A stretch of DNA of 63,985 nucleotides, filler included, from Conidiobolus incongruus B7586 (lineage: Eukaryota): the NCBI GenBank assembly GCA_000697335.1. It is 10 parts of 10 records of this genome, joined end to end, with 100 filler letters (N's around TTAATTAATTAA, not from the genome) between each part and the next. Parts side by side here need not be neighbours in the genome. Positions count along the whole stretch, not along the records: positions 10,707 to 28,144 come from JNEM01006797.1; positions 28,245 to 32,314 come from JNEM01006798.1; positions 32,415 to 47,590 come from JNEM01006799.1; 7 more parts are not named here. One strand, written 5' to 3'. The notes under the pieces are model-generated. The model ran no database searches. It saw only the letters and a program-made list of their open reading frames with translations, and was not told the origin of the DNA. How positions within the stretch are numbered: position 1 is the stretch's first letter; each line of letters opens with the position of its first letter. Of the stretch, positions 26,414 to 41,100 are shown in pieces. Position numbers and translations under genes: made by a program.

Positions 26414-26886
26414 ATTTGAAGTTGATAATTTAGTTGCTGGAATTGATTAAAGTTCAAAATCTAAAGAAACGAAATAGAGTTAATAGTACTTTCATTAATC
26501 TTTTTATAATTTTAAATGTTCATTCAATATTCATTAGACCAGAAAAAACTATGCTTCAATTATCTCATAAATTCAAACTAAATTTAAATAACATTATTCA
26601 ATTACATCATAATATAATCAAATTATCCTAATAATAATAATGATCTAACTAAAAATGCTTTGTAAAAGCAAAAAAATCTTAATTGAAATAATATTAAAAT
26701 GAGAGAAAATAATATTCTTTTAATATTCATAAAATTCCAAAAAACTAGTTCATAATTATTTTTGATATTATTTATAATAGAAACATTAGTTAAACATTTA
26801 ATAGTATAGCTAATTAATAGGATAATTGAAATATTAAAAAATATAGATAATTTTTCAAATTATAAACTCTAACCAAATTTATAATA

Positions 26887-28144
26887 TTACTATAGAATTA
26901 AAGAAATGGGAAATTTTTTAATTATCTGATTTTTCAAATATATTATTAGTTTCAAATAAAAAATATATACAAAACAAATAGGAAAATAAATAGTTTTGAA
27001 TTATATATATATATATATAATTTTTTTGATTAAAAAATTTATTTTTTATAATTAGTTGTTTAATTTAATTATGCTTAAATTAAATAATAACTATCAAAAG
27101 TCTTTTATTTTAATACTAATAAAATTTAATTACAAACTCTTTAAAATTATTTAAAATTTACAAGCAACTTTTAATAATAAAGCATTATTTAAATTAACAA
27201 TTTATCACTAGGTAAATTACTTTAAAGTTAAGAAAAAAACTACCTAAAACCTATTAAAATTTAAAAGATTAATTTTAACTATTATTTTTTTAATTATTAA
27301 TAAAATGAAAAATTATATTAAAAAACACTTTTTTATTTTAATTAAAGAATTATAAAGGTACTTTAATATTAGTTATATAAGTATTTTATATATATTAAAA
27401 TTTAAATTAAAATTAATTAATAAAAATATAAAATAAGTACCTTATAATTTAACTAAAGCTTAAAATAAATTAGAGTAGCTATTGTTAAATAAAACTTACT
27501 AAGGTATAATTAGAAATTAAAGCTTTTATAATAAATAATTATAATTAATGAATCTTAATTTTTTTTATATAATCTTTTATTAAAACATAAATCAAAGTGT
27601 TATATTAAGTTAAATTAACCTTTTTTACAAATTTCTTTAAATAAACACTTTATTAATCAATGAATATTAATTGCTAAAATAAATTATAATAATATATACT
27701 ATTCTTATTTAATTTTTAAAAAAATTAATTAATAGTAAACTTTATATTGTTTTTTTAAATAAAAGTATTTCTAATTAATATTCTTAATAAAATTTGAGAA
27801 AACTTATTATTTTATATGATAATTATAAAATACATAAATCTAAAGCTATAAAAAAACTTTTTAATTAAAAATAACTAGAAAAAACTACCATATCTAGTAT
27901 ATTTTTTAAATTATAACCTATATAATTATAATTGCTTTAAATAATTAACAAACTAGCTTGCAAGAAAAAAAATTTTTATAAGAAAATTTAATTAGTTTAT
28001 AAAATAATAAATTTCTATCTTTAATAAAAAGAATTATTTTTTAGGTATTAGAAGTTTGCTAAAAATATAACAAAAAGCTATTAATGAAAAAACTATTAAA
28101 TTTATATTATATATTTATTTTTATATATTATATATTAAATTATT
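26887..28144 (+). mobile_element. Mariner family A copy, heavily mutated, right end lost in gap
   Basis: Left terminus TA|ttactatagaattaaagaaatgggaaatttttt; colinear with the other copies up to the gap. Confidence 0.9.
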
Positions 28145-30562
28145 NNNNNNNNNNNNNNNNNNNNNNNNNNNNNNNNNNNNNNNNNNNNTTAATTAATTAA
28201 NNNNNNNNNNNNNNNNNNNNNNNNNNNNNNNNNNNNNNNNNNNNTTATTTATTTATTTATTTTGGAAATATTATTCTTTGAAAATATTTTCTTGTGTTTC
28301 CATTAATATTAATGAGAAATAACTTTTTATTAACTCCTCAAATATAGCTTACGATTTATTTATATTCGAATTAATATAAATAAACCAAATTAAAATTTTA
28401 ATAAAATTTTAAATTCTATTTTTTATAAATTAGGAAATAGCAAATATTAAAACAGTAAAATTTATCTTATTCAATAAAATTCATGTAATTATCCTTGAAA
28501 TTATCATTAAACCCTTAAACTTATTTTAAAAATGTCAAACTAACTCAACAGTGATTTTATTTAATGGCAAGTGTGTTAATTTTAAATCAAGCTTTCGGCA
28601 TTATAATAATCTCTTTTAAATATCTCCTAAATAATAAATTACATTAAACCCAAAAAGGCTTCAAATTCTTGTTTAAGCTGGCACGCTTGAGAGGATAAAG
28701 TTTCATTACCATTAAATATGAAATTTCTAATTTGGTTTAGAAGGCATTGATCCAAAACATGTAGGAGGGTATATAATAGTTCATCATGCAATAATCATGA
28801 ATTAAGCTTGAATCCAATTGACGGCTTGAATGAATTAAATTTGCTCTACTATCTCCATTTAGAAGCATTACACTAATTGTTAATGATCTTTTTAATGCGT
28901 ATTATATGAGGTGATAATATAAGTTTAGATAAATTATTTATATTCGTATCAGAAACATTGTGTTAATTTATAGAATATCAATACTATTTATATCAGTTTC
29001 AATTATTTTTGTTTATTTAATCAAATAAATTTTTAAAATTAAATTTTAATTAAAAATTTTGTAAGTTATGTAATTTTATAATAGTAATTATGATAAATTA
29101 ATTAACCCTAGTAACTTTGATTTATAATTTATTTTCATAATATATACAATTTGATAATGTTTAATCAGTGAATTAGATTCAGAAGTGATGAACAAATTCA
29201 AGTAATTGCCAACTAATTCTAAATATAACAAAATATTAAATACAGTTCTTGATGATTACCAATATGCTTGAAATTAGTGGAATTAACCCAATTTTGCAAA
29301 CTTTAAATTATTAATTAAAATATCCAACTCAAAAATAACTTGATAACAATTATTTAAATTACCAAATCCAGTCAATTTCGGATAGAAAAATTGTGAAAAG
29401 ATTAATTAATACAATATTAATTAATAAATTAAATAATTACAAAATTGATCAAATAATGCTAAAGTAGAATAGCCCTTATTGCCAAGACATGGATACATAT
29501 GAAAGAATCCTATCTGAAATAATTTGTATTTTTTCAAAATGTTGAATCTAATCTTAATAATTAATAAAAATATTAGTATAATATGTTAAAAATTAATTTA
29601 ATAATAATATTAATAAAATCAAAATTTTAAAAACTAAATTTTTCACTTCACAGTATAATCAACTTAATATATATATATATATTATAATATTACAAATAAA
29701 ATTATGACTTTAGAGATATAATTCAGTATAATTAATTAATTAATTAATACACTAATCAATATTGTTATCAATAATGCTTTTAAATTTAATAGCATACAAG
29801 CTTTGTTATATTAATAATTAATTTTTTTAAAATGATAAAATTAATTAATAAAATATCAAATTATATTATTAAAATATAAAATTTAAAATAAACATTAATA
29901 AAACTAGGGGTATATTATAGTTTGAAACGGTTATAAATGAATTAAAAAATTGGACTCAATATAAACATCACGTTCATTGTTTTTAATTTAAACTCATACG
30001 CCTAGAACGAATCAATGTTATTAGCATTATTAAATAGCAAACCTAATAAAAAAATTATTAAAACTGAGGACATGATAACTTTTAAGTAGTACGAATCAAT
30101 TAACGATTCAAAATATTTATTGGTGACCTTACCTACCTGTTTTGGAACAAAGAATTCCAATTTTTATAACTCAAATTGATTAATTCAAAACAATTTTATT
30201 TATTAATTACATGAATTTAATTTGATTTCATTTGTCACAATTATTACTTTGTTTTTTAATTTGATTGTGAAATATATTTATTAAAATAATTTTTATATAA
30301 TAATAAAAATTTTCTAGTAGTTATCATTTTAAAATATTAAAAAAAATTAAAATTATATTTGATTAATTCATCATTATTCAATAGGAAATAATTGATATTA
30401 TGTAATAGATGACAATATTCTTAAATTATTTTATTTTGAAAAATATTAAGTTTGAAAATATGATAATTTTATTTAAAAATTAAATTAAAATTAATAATTA
30501 TCAAAATGATTTTATTAAAGAATATTATCTTCAATAGTTTATATTTACCTTTTTTTAACTTT

Positions 30563-30595
30563 TATTATTAATATTATTATTATTAATATTATTAA

Positions 30596-30657
<62 letters not shown>
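30563..30657. repeat. (TAT)n microsatellite, interrupted at its 5' end
   Basis: About 20 perfect TAT units from ~30596, preceded by imperfect units. Confidence 0.9.
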
Positions 30658-30659
<2 letters not shown>

Positions 30660-33600
30660 TGATATTTAAAAAATTAATAAAATATAAAATTATCCCTTTC
30701 TAGCCAATTATCATTTATTAATGCTATATTTAAATAGGTTTAGTTAGGAATAACTTAAATATATTATTCCAAAAAGCTTAAAATTTAATACAAAATTCCA
30801 AGAGTAAAATACTAATGAATAAATATATATACAACTTAATTAATCAAAATTAAAATAATTAAAAATATGATTTCCATATTTTAACCTATAATTATAAGGA
30901 TAATTAGTTAAGGATTCATTCGACAAATTTATTGAAGATCTAATAAATTCATGATAAATTGAAAAAAAAATTTGCTTTAATTATCATAAAGATTCATTAA
31001 AATCCTTGAGTAAATAAATTTATTATGATAATTAACAATTATTGAATTTTTATAACATTTATAATAATATATTTTGAATCAATAAAGTATTATAAATATT
31101 ATTACTATTACTATTATATAGATAGTATTTGGTTGATAATAATTACATCTTATTCACTTAATTACTATGAATTTTAAATAAATTTTGACATAATATTTCA
31201 AAATTGATTCATAATTTTTTACTATTTGGAATGATCAAATTCGATTAGAGTTATATATATATATATTGAAAACTATTTCAAATATTGTTTAAAAAATTAG
31301 CAAATACGGTTTATACTCAAAATTATTTAATATGAAAATACTAAAAATGCATTATTATTATTATTACTATTATTATTATATAAAATTTTAATTTAAAATG
31401 ATTTTGTTAATTTAATATTATTTTGAATCTTATTATAAAAGAATGCTGCTAATTAAAAGTATGAATATTGATATGATTATCAATTCAAAGTAATTGAACT
31501 TTAACTGAATATTTAATTATTTTGGGTATAAATACTTTTAATATATATATGTATATGTATATTTTATAATTTATTAATAAATTTTGAAATAATTAAATCA
31601 TTTAATTAATTTTTATTAAGATCATTAAACTATAAGATTAATAAGTAAATAATCATATAATATAAAAAATAAATCTGCTTTATTAATACAATAAATACCA
31701 AATTTGAATGATTTTCACAGTAAACGAATAACTTTGAAAAAATTAGTTAATCAGTCATAAATAATTAATTTTAATGCATTAATTTTATCCAATTATATTC
31801 ATTAGAAAATCAAACTTAAGATTAATTGAATTTTCAAGAATCTTTGAATATAAAAAACTGAATAATTAAAAGAAAAAAAATATTTGAATATAATATTATT
31901 TTTTTTATTAATTTATTAAATTTTAAATATATACTTTATAATTATTATTTTTTAATTGATCTATATTAAAAAAGTTATTAATTAAAATATTGACTTTTAT
32001 AATTTATTTATGACAAATTAAAGTAATATTATTATATAAAGGATTAAACAATATTATTAAATATTATATAATATAATTTCAATATATTCAAACTTATTAA
32101 TTTAAAAATATTTATTAAAATTAAATTAAAATCAAAATAATATTATTTTTTAAAATTAAAATCATTATTATTTTTTATTATTATAAGATTAATTTGAATT
32201 ATAATTAGGTAAATAGTTTTTATTAATAATTAATAGGCTGATTTATGATTAAATAATATTATCATAATTTCAGAATATATACTCAGATATTAGGTATACA
32301 AAATAATTCATAAANNNNNNNNNNNNNNNNNNNNNNNNNNNNNNNNNNNNNNNNNNNNTTAATTAATTAANNNNNNNNNNNNNNNNNNNNNNNNNNNNNN
32401 NNNNNNNNNNNNNNAAAAAAATTACCAAATAAAGTAAGAGTAAATTAATTATGAGTATTATGAATAATATTAATAATTATATAATAACGGAATTAATATT
32501 TTTTTTCTAAATAATTTAAAATTTAATTTGATTTTAATATTTCAAATTTTTATATCTAAAAAAGTTTTGATTTTTAATTATAAAAACAAATAAATGAATA
32601 AGAAATATTTTCAAAATTATATAAAAAATTTTAATATGTATTTTATAATTTAAAATTAATATTACTTTTAAAATTATCTAAAATCTCAAAGATAAAAATA
32701 AAAAAATTTAATCAAGTATACAAATTTATTAAGGTTAAATTGAAATTTATTGGTTAAACGAATATGAATACTAAGAAAATTAAAGATTTAAAAAATAATT
32801 CAATTAATGTACAATTAATATTGATTAAATGCTACATTGGTAAGCTTTTTCATCTTTTTTAATATAGAACTTAATTGGAGTTTTAGTCATATATTAATAA
32901 TTTTATGAGGATTAAATATGATAATTGAAATTTAACTATTGTGAATAATAATGCAATAATACATTTAAACTTATAGTATAGTAACAAAAAGCATATTTAA
33001 TTACAAATTAAGAAATTTAATAGTTTGATATTTTTTATAAATGATTGAATAGCAATATTAATTAATAGAAAATCAATAATATTAATTTGAGGTGAAAAAA
33101 ATAATATTCTATTATAGAAAATAATCTCTATGACCTAATACCAAATCAATTTGTAAACATATATATATATATATATTCAAGCATATTAAACTACCTATCA
33201 AAATGAATATAGCATATGCAATTAATCGTCCACTATGTATAATATCGCATATTCAATGATATTTAATAAAATATCTCCTATCATTTAATAAAAAAATTCC
33301 AATACATATATATATTAGTTTGTAAAATTATTCATAAGAGAAAAAAAATAATTTATGAAGTCACATTCGTATCACATCTTAAAATACTAATAGTACAAAT
33401 GATCTGCACATAATAAAACTAATCACCTATGATTTAATAATATTGTCACTCTTTAATTAACCAATTCATAATTGAACCTGTATAATATGTAAATTGGGAA
33501 TAAACTTATAAATTTATAATTAATTAATTTTATATTACAAATATTGTAATTAAGAGAGAAAAAGTTTTATATAAAATTTTAAAAGTGATTATGAATCATA

Positions 33601-35153
33601 ATAAATGATTAATTATGATATTTTAAATATAACAATGTATAATCATTGAATATAATTTAATATTAATAAAATTATTGCAAATGGTGTATGCATCATTTTT
33701 AAATTATTCTATTAATAAATTGATTATTTGAAATAATGACAATATTTCAATAAAAACAATGTAAAATTATTTGGCAAGTAGTTTACATATTGAAACTAGT
33801 ACTATTGTTACTAACCAGAATATAGAAGTATCGCTACAATAATTATTTTAGGTAATATTGAAATAATAAATCATCTTACAACTGATTACTTGTATAATAT
33901 CCGATTTTATAATTTAAGAATGATAGTTAAAAATCATTTAATAAAATATAACTCAAATGGGTATTAATATTTTATAGCTTTATTAATTATATATTTGTGT
34001 AATTTAATTAATTTTATTTATCAAATTATTTATATAAATATTAAAATATTTATAAATTTTAATTATAATTTAAATTTTATTAAAAAATATTGATAATTAT
34101 TGTAAAATAATAATTAACTATTTAATATCTCAAATATCATTAAAAATATTATATTATATATTTCCAAATTTAAAAATAATTACAATATTATATATTAAAA
34201 TTTTAAAAATCTGATATTTAATATAATAAATTATAAAAAAATAATAATTTAATATTCATATTAAAATTCAAAATTTTGTCAATTTGTAACAGATAATAGT
34301 TTCAATATTAATGTTAGTTGTTTTGTGTTTTTAGCTGGGTACTAAAAAGGAAAATTATTTTAATGCTTTAATATTAATATTTGGACAGATATTTTATTGG
34401 AATTGGTATTAAAATATTCTATAAAGTATACTAAATTAGATCACCATTTAATAGTGAATACTAAAAATGATCAATATGTACAATATTAAGAAAATTACAA
34501 AGAGTCCACTAACCAATTTAATACTCAATTCACAATATAATTTAGAGTATTCCAAGATCTTTCACAAACTTGAAAAAATTCCGCTAATCTACACTAGCAT
34601 ACAATTGTAAATGCACAAAATTATGAATTATAATTAATATGCAATATTGTGGTCAAAGGTAACAATTCTTGGTTATAACTCCAAAAAATACTAATTAAAC
34701 TGGATATTATAGACTACAATAAAATGATTCTTAGGTCTTCTTTATACTTTTTAATTGGAATAGTATTACAAACATGGTAAGCAACATGGAGACAAAAACT
34801 CTTTTTTAAAAAAAAGAGTTGTTTATTAGGAATTTACTAAATCTCTCTCAATCTGCAAATTGATTAATTTTAAAATTAATTACAAATTAAATATAAAATA
34901 ATATAAAAAAGGAATCTGGAAAAAAAAATTTAAAAAAAATTATTATAATACGTCATAAATACATTAAATATACTTTCTATACATTATATTTATAATATTA
35001 AGTTTTGTTATCGATGAAATATACTTTGATTAAAGTGACTAATATTCCATTCAACTCAAACCTCTATAATATTTTCTCATTGATTTGAGGGTTTATTAGA
35101 ATTAATAAATTTTGCATAATTGATCATAATCCATTTCGGATGAATTATAAATG

Positions 35154-35184
<31 letters not shown>

Positions 35185-35765
35185 TTGAAATATTAATTAT
35201 AAGAGAAAATTGAGAGAAAAAAAAGAGAAATTTTTTTTAAAAAAATAAAATAATTATTATCATTTATATTAATGATTAGAGTTAATAATATTTTAATTCA
35301 AATCTTATAAAATATACATATATATATTAAAAAATTTTCACTATTATAAAATTTCAAATAAGTAATTTTATATTAAATAAAATAAAAATAATAATAATAA
35401 TAATTTAAAATTATTAAATTGAGAAAATATTAGAAAGATTTAATTTGAACAAAAAAAATATATTAATTAATATATATATATATATAAATTCGAAAAAAAA
35501 ATAATTAGGAGTGTGAGTGAGATGATGAAATTTAATAAAATAGAATAAAAATAAAAAATTAATAATAATGATAATTGTTGTAGTTTATTTAATTGTGATG
35601 ATTGATAAAATTGAAATATTCATTTATTTAAGATGAATTGAAAAAAATTTAAAATTTTGAATATAAATAATAATAATTATCACTGAATATATGCAGAGTA
35701 TTTTTGGTCGAGAGGTGATGGGTGATATAATACAATAAGATAGAGAGTTGCGTCGGAATGGTTAC

Positions 35766-36470
35766 TTAATAATAATACGGACTACTGAATCCTGCACTCG
35801 TGGGTGTATGGATAGGGTAGGAGGGGAATTGATACGTTGATACATTGTTATACAATTGAGGGCTGCTAGGCGTCGAGTAGGTGGAACATTGAGGACTACT
35901 GGGAGTAGAAATGGGAAGAACTTTTGATACGATTTGAACACTCAATACAAGATTGCCTGGCAAATTATATTGGTAATGATGTGTTGGCATGGGACCATTG
36001 GTAGATCGTGTAAAATGATGCAAACATGGAACTCCTTGAACTGCCAAGGTGGTGGGAGCCATCATTTTGTTTGAAATAGGAGTATTAGCGGGAGTGGGAA
36101 GAGGTTGTGATTGAGGTAAATATTGAACCAAATTCAATTGAGAGTTTGCAAGATGATAATGTAAAGCAGCTTGTGATATTTGCCCTGTGGGATGATGAAT
36201 ATCAAATTGTATTGTTAAAATGTTTGGATTGATCCACTCAGGAATCCCTGTTATAATAGCTTGTTGAGGTTCATTTAAATTTTGAATCAAAGAAATGCTT
36301 ATTGAGCATAATGGATGATCATAGTAAAAAGGAGAGTTTTCACTCAATGATCTTGACTTTGATGAAGATGATGATGAAGACAATAAGTTTAGACTAGAAT
36401 TCAAACTAGATAAACTAGAGTCTATGTTTGAAGCATCACTATATCTACTTATCGTTATAGAATCAGCCAT
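35766..36470 (-). CDS. Hypothetical Ser/Pro/Thr-rich protein, 234 aa, no family recognised
   Basis: Intronless ORF in a GC-richer island, start context aaaATGG; poly-Ser N-terminus, STPSSPQ twice near the C-terminus. Confidence 0.75.
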   Translation of the reverse strand: MADSITISRYSDASNIDSSLSSLNSSLNLLSSSSSSSKSRSLSENSPFYYDHPLCSISISLIQNLNEPQQAIITGIPEWINPNILTIQFDIHHPTGQISQAALHYHLANSQLNLVQYLPQSQPLPTPANTPISNKMMAPTTLAVQGVPCLHHFTRSTNGPMPTHHYQYNLPGNLVLSVQIVSKVLPISTPSSPQCSTYSTPSSPQLYNNVSTYQFPSYPIHTPTSAGFSSPYYY

Positions 36471-38075
36471 TTTGAAAATATAATATAATACAAATTTTTA
36501 AAACCCAAGACTAGAAATAATAAAAGTTTAAATACTCGAAAGTATTAATTTTTACCCAGATACTTGTCGTGTAGGGAGAGAGAGATATATATTTATATAT
36601 ATAATCTAATTGAGGAATCCTTAGGGATGGTCCTAGTGTGCAGGAATAGGGAGAGTGAATAAAATATTGCAATGTCATGATGAGAGGCAAGGTGTATTTA
36701 TAGTGGAGGAGGATGATTAAACTTCAAAAACAAAGGGGATGGGTGGAAATAAGTGGATATAATGGGAAATAGGTAGAAGTTGATCCATTGGACGAATAAC
36801 GGAGGACAAAATTCAAACTGAAGATCAATAACCATTAGTTCATTTCAGGAGGAGGGAAAGTTTGATTATGTTTAAGTAAATTGGGTTAAATCACTGTTTA
36901 ATAATTATATCCGATCTATTTAATTCTATCCACCCTCCCACCCACCAGATCTGCCCATTCATGTGAATTAAAATGAATCCTCACTCGGCTTCCCAATTCG
37001 GCTATTCTTACTAACGATTCATTTGTCCTAAGTTAGAAATTTGCTTCAATCCATTCAGAGTGGATGAGTGTTGGTATATAAGACAAATATGGAAATTATT
37101 TGTTTTTCTTTGTGATCCTCCTAAACTAATTTCATTCAAGCATCTTGGATTTTACCAAGGAAATACTCCTCGGACTCTGATTGGTTCTCCTCTGAAACTC
37201 AATTGTAGTGTTAATGTGGCAATTAGTCCATGGTACTTGGTGTGGGTTGCTTATTAGGCAGGAGACGCAAAATCGAATGGTTTCACTAGATGAAACATTG
37301 TTTAATCGGAACATTGAGCGAATCAACTCTTGCCAATCCACAGCCTTTCTCTCATTCTGAGGTAATATCATATTATCAAATCTCTTCCACTAAAATATTA
37401 TTGATTGATTGATTGATTGTTATCTATAAATAGAAGTAGCCAATAATGGGTTGGATTTATATCAATCATCCTCAGAGGAAATGTAAAATTTCCATTTTGC
37501 TACATTCGCCAACGATTGGCAATTGAACAAATTCAAAGGTTTTTTTTTTGATAATTAGAATAATTTAATTTCACATTAAAATCCAATTACTCAGTTCTTC
37601 ACTCATTATAGAAATTCCATTGTTTCATATGTTATGATTGGTTATTGATAATATTCAATATACAAGTAAGTGGGAGAGGAATAACAATTAAACCTGTGGT
37701 CAATATATAAACAATTCATAAACATTAAGCCATTTTATTACATTTAGTTAAATATAAGTTTGACGTAAAATATATAATACATAATATATAATATCTAAGT
37801 GATTTTAGGAGAAATACACTAATTATGAATCATTTTAATACACTATTTGTAATAATGAAACTTGAAAAAACAAAGCTATAAACCTACAGAATGAATTCCA
37901 ATGATACTAATGTAATTATTCCCCCTTTCCTATAACTTCATCAAACTCCCCTACCAACTAGTAACAACTTTAATAGAGGTAAATTAATTGAATAAAATCT
38001 CAAGTTTCGAGTCATTATTAATTAATTAATTATTATTGTTATTATTGAAAATAGAATATTATTTTAGAACATCTT

Positions 38076-38106
<31 letters not shown>

Positions 38107-41100
38107 GTTATTTAATATTATAATTTATTTAAAATATATTAAGTATCATATTATTATCATTAATAGAATTAACTTTAAATGAATTACCAATTAATTTAAT
38201 TTAAGTAGTATAATAAAATACTGAAAAAAATTAAGGATTAAATAAAATAAATTGAATTAAATGCTTAAAATATACTATTCTATTTTTATATAGACCCAAT
38301 CCTTTTTAATATATATATATTTAAATTTAATACTTTTTAAAATGTATCAGTTAAAGGAATGGTTATATAAATTATTATTTTAAACTAAAATAAGTAATTT
38401 AAAATGTGTCCAAAACTCATGTTAATTAAAAATTATTATACTAATTTTGTATTTTAAAGGAGGGGGAAGGTTAAAAAAATTGAAAATAAATTTCATAGCC
38501 ATTGCAATTTTATATTGGCTTAATATGAGTGATAATTCATAAAATTGATTTTTAATTGTTTAGTATATGAATGCTTATTAACTTTTTATCAATTTAAAAT
38601 TATTTGATAAATTCTCTAACTTAATTAATATTATAAATAATAATTTATATTATTATTATTATTATTATTATAATTTTTCAATTTTTTGAAATGCAACTAA
38701 AATTTTAATTTAATATTTAAAAATTTAAAATTTATATTTAAAAATGATGATTATGTTTTGTTATTAAGAATATTAATACAAATAATGATTTAAATTAATA
38801 TTAAAATTTATAAACTTATTTTAGTTAAATGAAATTTTTATTAGTTTTTTTATAGTTATATATTTGTTAAATACAAAAAATATTGAATCTTAATGTTGAT
38901 TTTTAGTGTTAGGAGGTTATTAGGGATATGAAAAGCGATTACATTAACAATAAAGTAATGATTTTAAATTCTTAAGGGTTATTAATATGCCATATTGTTA
39001 TCATGTATTTGACCTCGATGCACCAAGATAATGATTTGGTTACATTGATGAATTCATAATATAATCAAATATTCAGGAGACAATCTTCTTTTATTAACTA
39101 TTAGGAGAGTAATCAATTTTTTTTATTTGATAGATTAATGAAAAAATTTCCAATATTTACTAGAATATCAGATCAAACCATATTAAACTGAATGTATTTG
39201 CACTCATTGTAACAAGTCAAATCGACTCTGAGATACAAATTTGTATTAATGATTTCTAATTTCCTTACAATTGTCAATTATTTATATATCACAATGATTC
39301 AGTATATTTCATACTGATGTAATTTGATATAATCATTCAGATTTTCAATTTTTTAAAAATTAAAATTAAAATAAATAAATTAATATATATAAATAATATA
39401 AAATATTATCTAATACTTTAATAAATTTAACTATTTATAATGTATATATAAATATATTTTAATAGTTATAATTATATCAATTTTCATAATTAGCGTATTA
39501 TTTGTTACAATTTACATAAAAATTATAATTTCAAATTAAAACTTACATTAAAATCAAAATACGGAAATTATTTAAATTTAATTTTTATTAATGTAATTTA
39601 TAATTTTATTAATTTTAAAATTAAAATTATTTATTCAATCCATCATTTCTTTTATTATTATGCATGTTGTTAATAATCACATATTTTCATATTATCTTCT
39701 AAGCCATTAAATACAAATCAGTTTTCACTCTAATATGATTCAATGGTATTACTATTAATTTATTAATTTTTACTTATTTGTTGATTAATTTAACTTTTAG
39801 AAATAATGAAAATGGAAATATATGTAATAATAAATCGGAGAAAACTAAATATAAAAAGAATTTTAATTAAATGCATTAATTCTTCAAAATGAATTTAATT
39901 GAAATATTAATAAGATTAATATCTATGGTTATCAATATAATGATATTATTAATAATATGATAATGTATAGTATATGATTACTAATGATAACTCTAATCAT
40001 TATGATAATTATACTTTAAAATTAATTGAAGTTTTTATCACAATTAGTTTCAATATAGAAAGTTCCATTATGAATATGTAATTCATCGAATTGTAGTTGA
40101 GAATTGAAAATTCTAAATTGCAAAGTGGTGAAAATCAATATTTATATAACATTGACAAATTCATGATTATTTAATTTCCTATTCAGTTGATTTTGCAGAT
40201 CTTTGCTTTAAAAAAATATTTGGGATGGTTGAATTTGTAAGCTATGAAATCAATTTGTTTTTAAGCGTTGGTTTGTTTACACTATTTTTATTTTATTGGT
40301 TAAAAAGTGCAAAGCAGAGAATTTCATTATCAATTAAATTGGTTATGCTAATTGATTCTGATTTAACGAGTATAATATCGTTTGATACTATTATTAATAT
40401 TCATAATACTTAAATATTTTTTTTCAATTGAACTGATACAATATTATACTATTTTAAAAACGATACTCAATCTGTTATTAACTAATATATATACTTTTTA
40501 TTAATTTTGAAAAAAATTTAGAAAAAATTAATTAAATAATAAGTGAGAATTTTACATTGAATCATTAGTTATAAATAATAAATTGATTTGAATCCAAATG
40601 GATCTTCAAAAATCCAATTTTAACTAATTTATCATTGGATATCAGGGTGATCTTAGAGGCTTACTTTGAAACAAAGATTCTTGGTCAAATCACACCATTT
40701 CTCAAACTGTAACTTAAATATCGTTGGGGATTTTTATTGGTTGTAAGAGCGTGAAAGTTTGGGAATTTGGCTTTTTGATTCCATTTGTATCATTTATTCC
40801 TCAAGTTGAGTTAAATTCCCAATATTTTGAACAAAAAATTTCTATAATTCCGAAGCCTATTAAATCATCCTTTTGCTTAAAAGTGAAATCAATGCAGCTT
40901 TTTATTGCATAAAGTATTTATTTGATTCACATTAAAAAACAAAAAATTATCAGCAAAATGATAATGTTGATAGTTATTGGATAATATTTATCGATCCTAT
41001 TTCTCATAATAACATCCTTCAAACATTGGGTATTGTTCAAATATCATTATCAAATATTTGAGTTAATCTTTATTTGATAATTTTATTCAGTTATATTGAT

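Noticed and set aside
34796..34821. Palindrome AACTCTTTTTT/AAAAAAAAGAGTT resembling a terminator
   Set aside because: Mostly homopolymer in an AT-rich eukaryotic context; expected by chance.
37060..40912. Short ORFs at 37060, 37132, 40225 and 40724 (also 20050, 26434, 60957)
   Set aside because: Under 80 aa, no recognisable motifs or splice-consistent extension.
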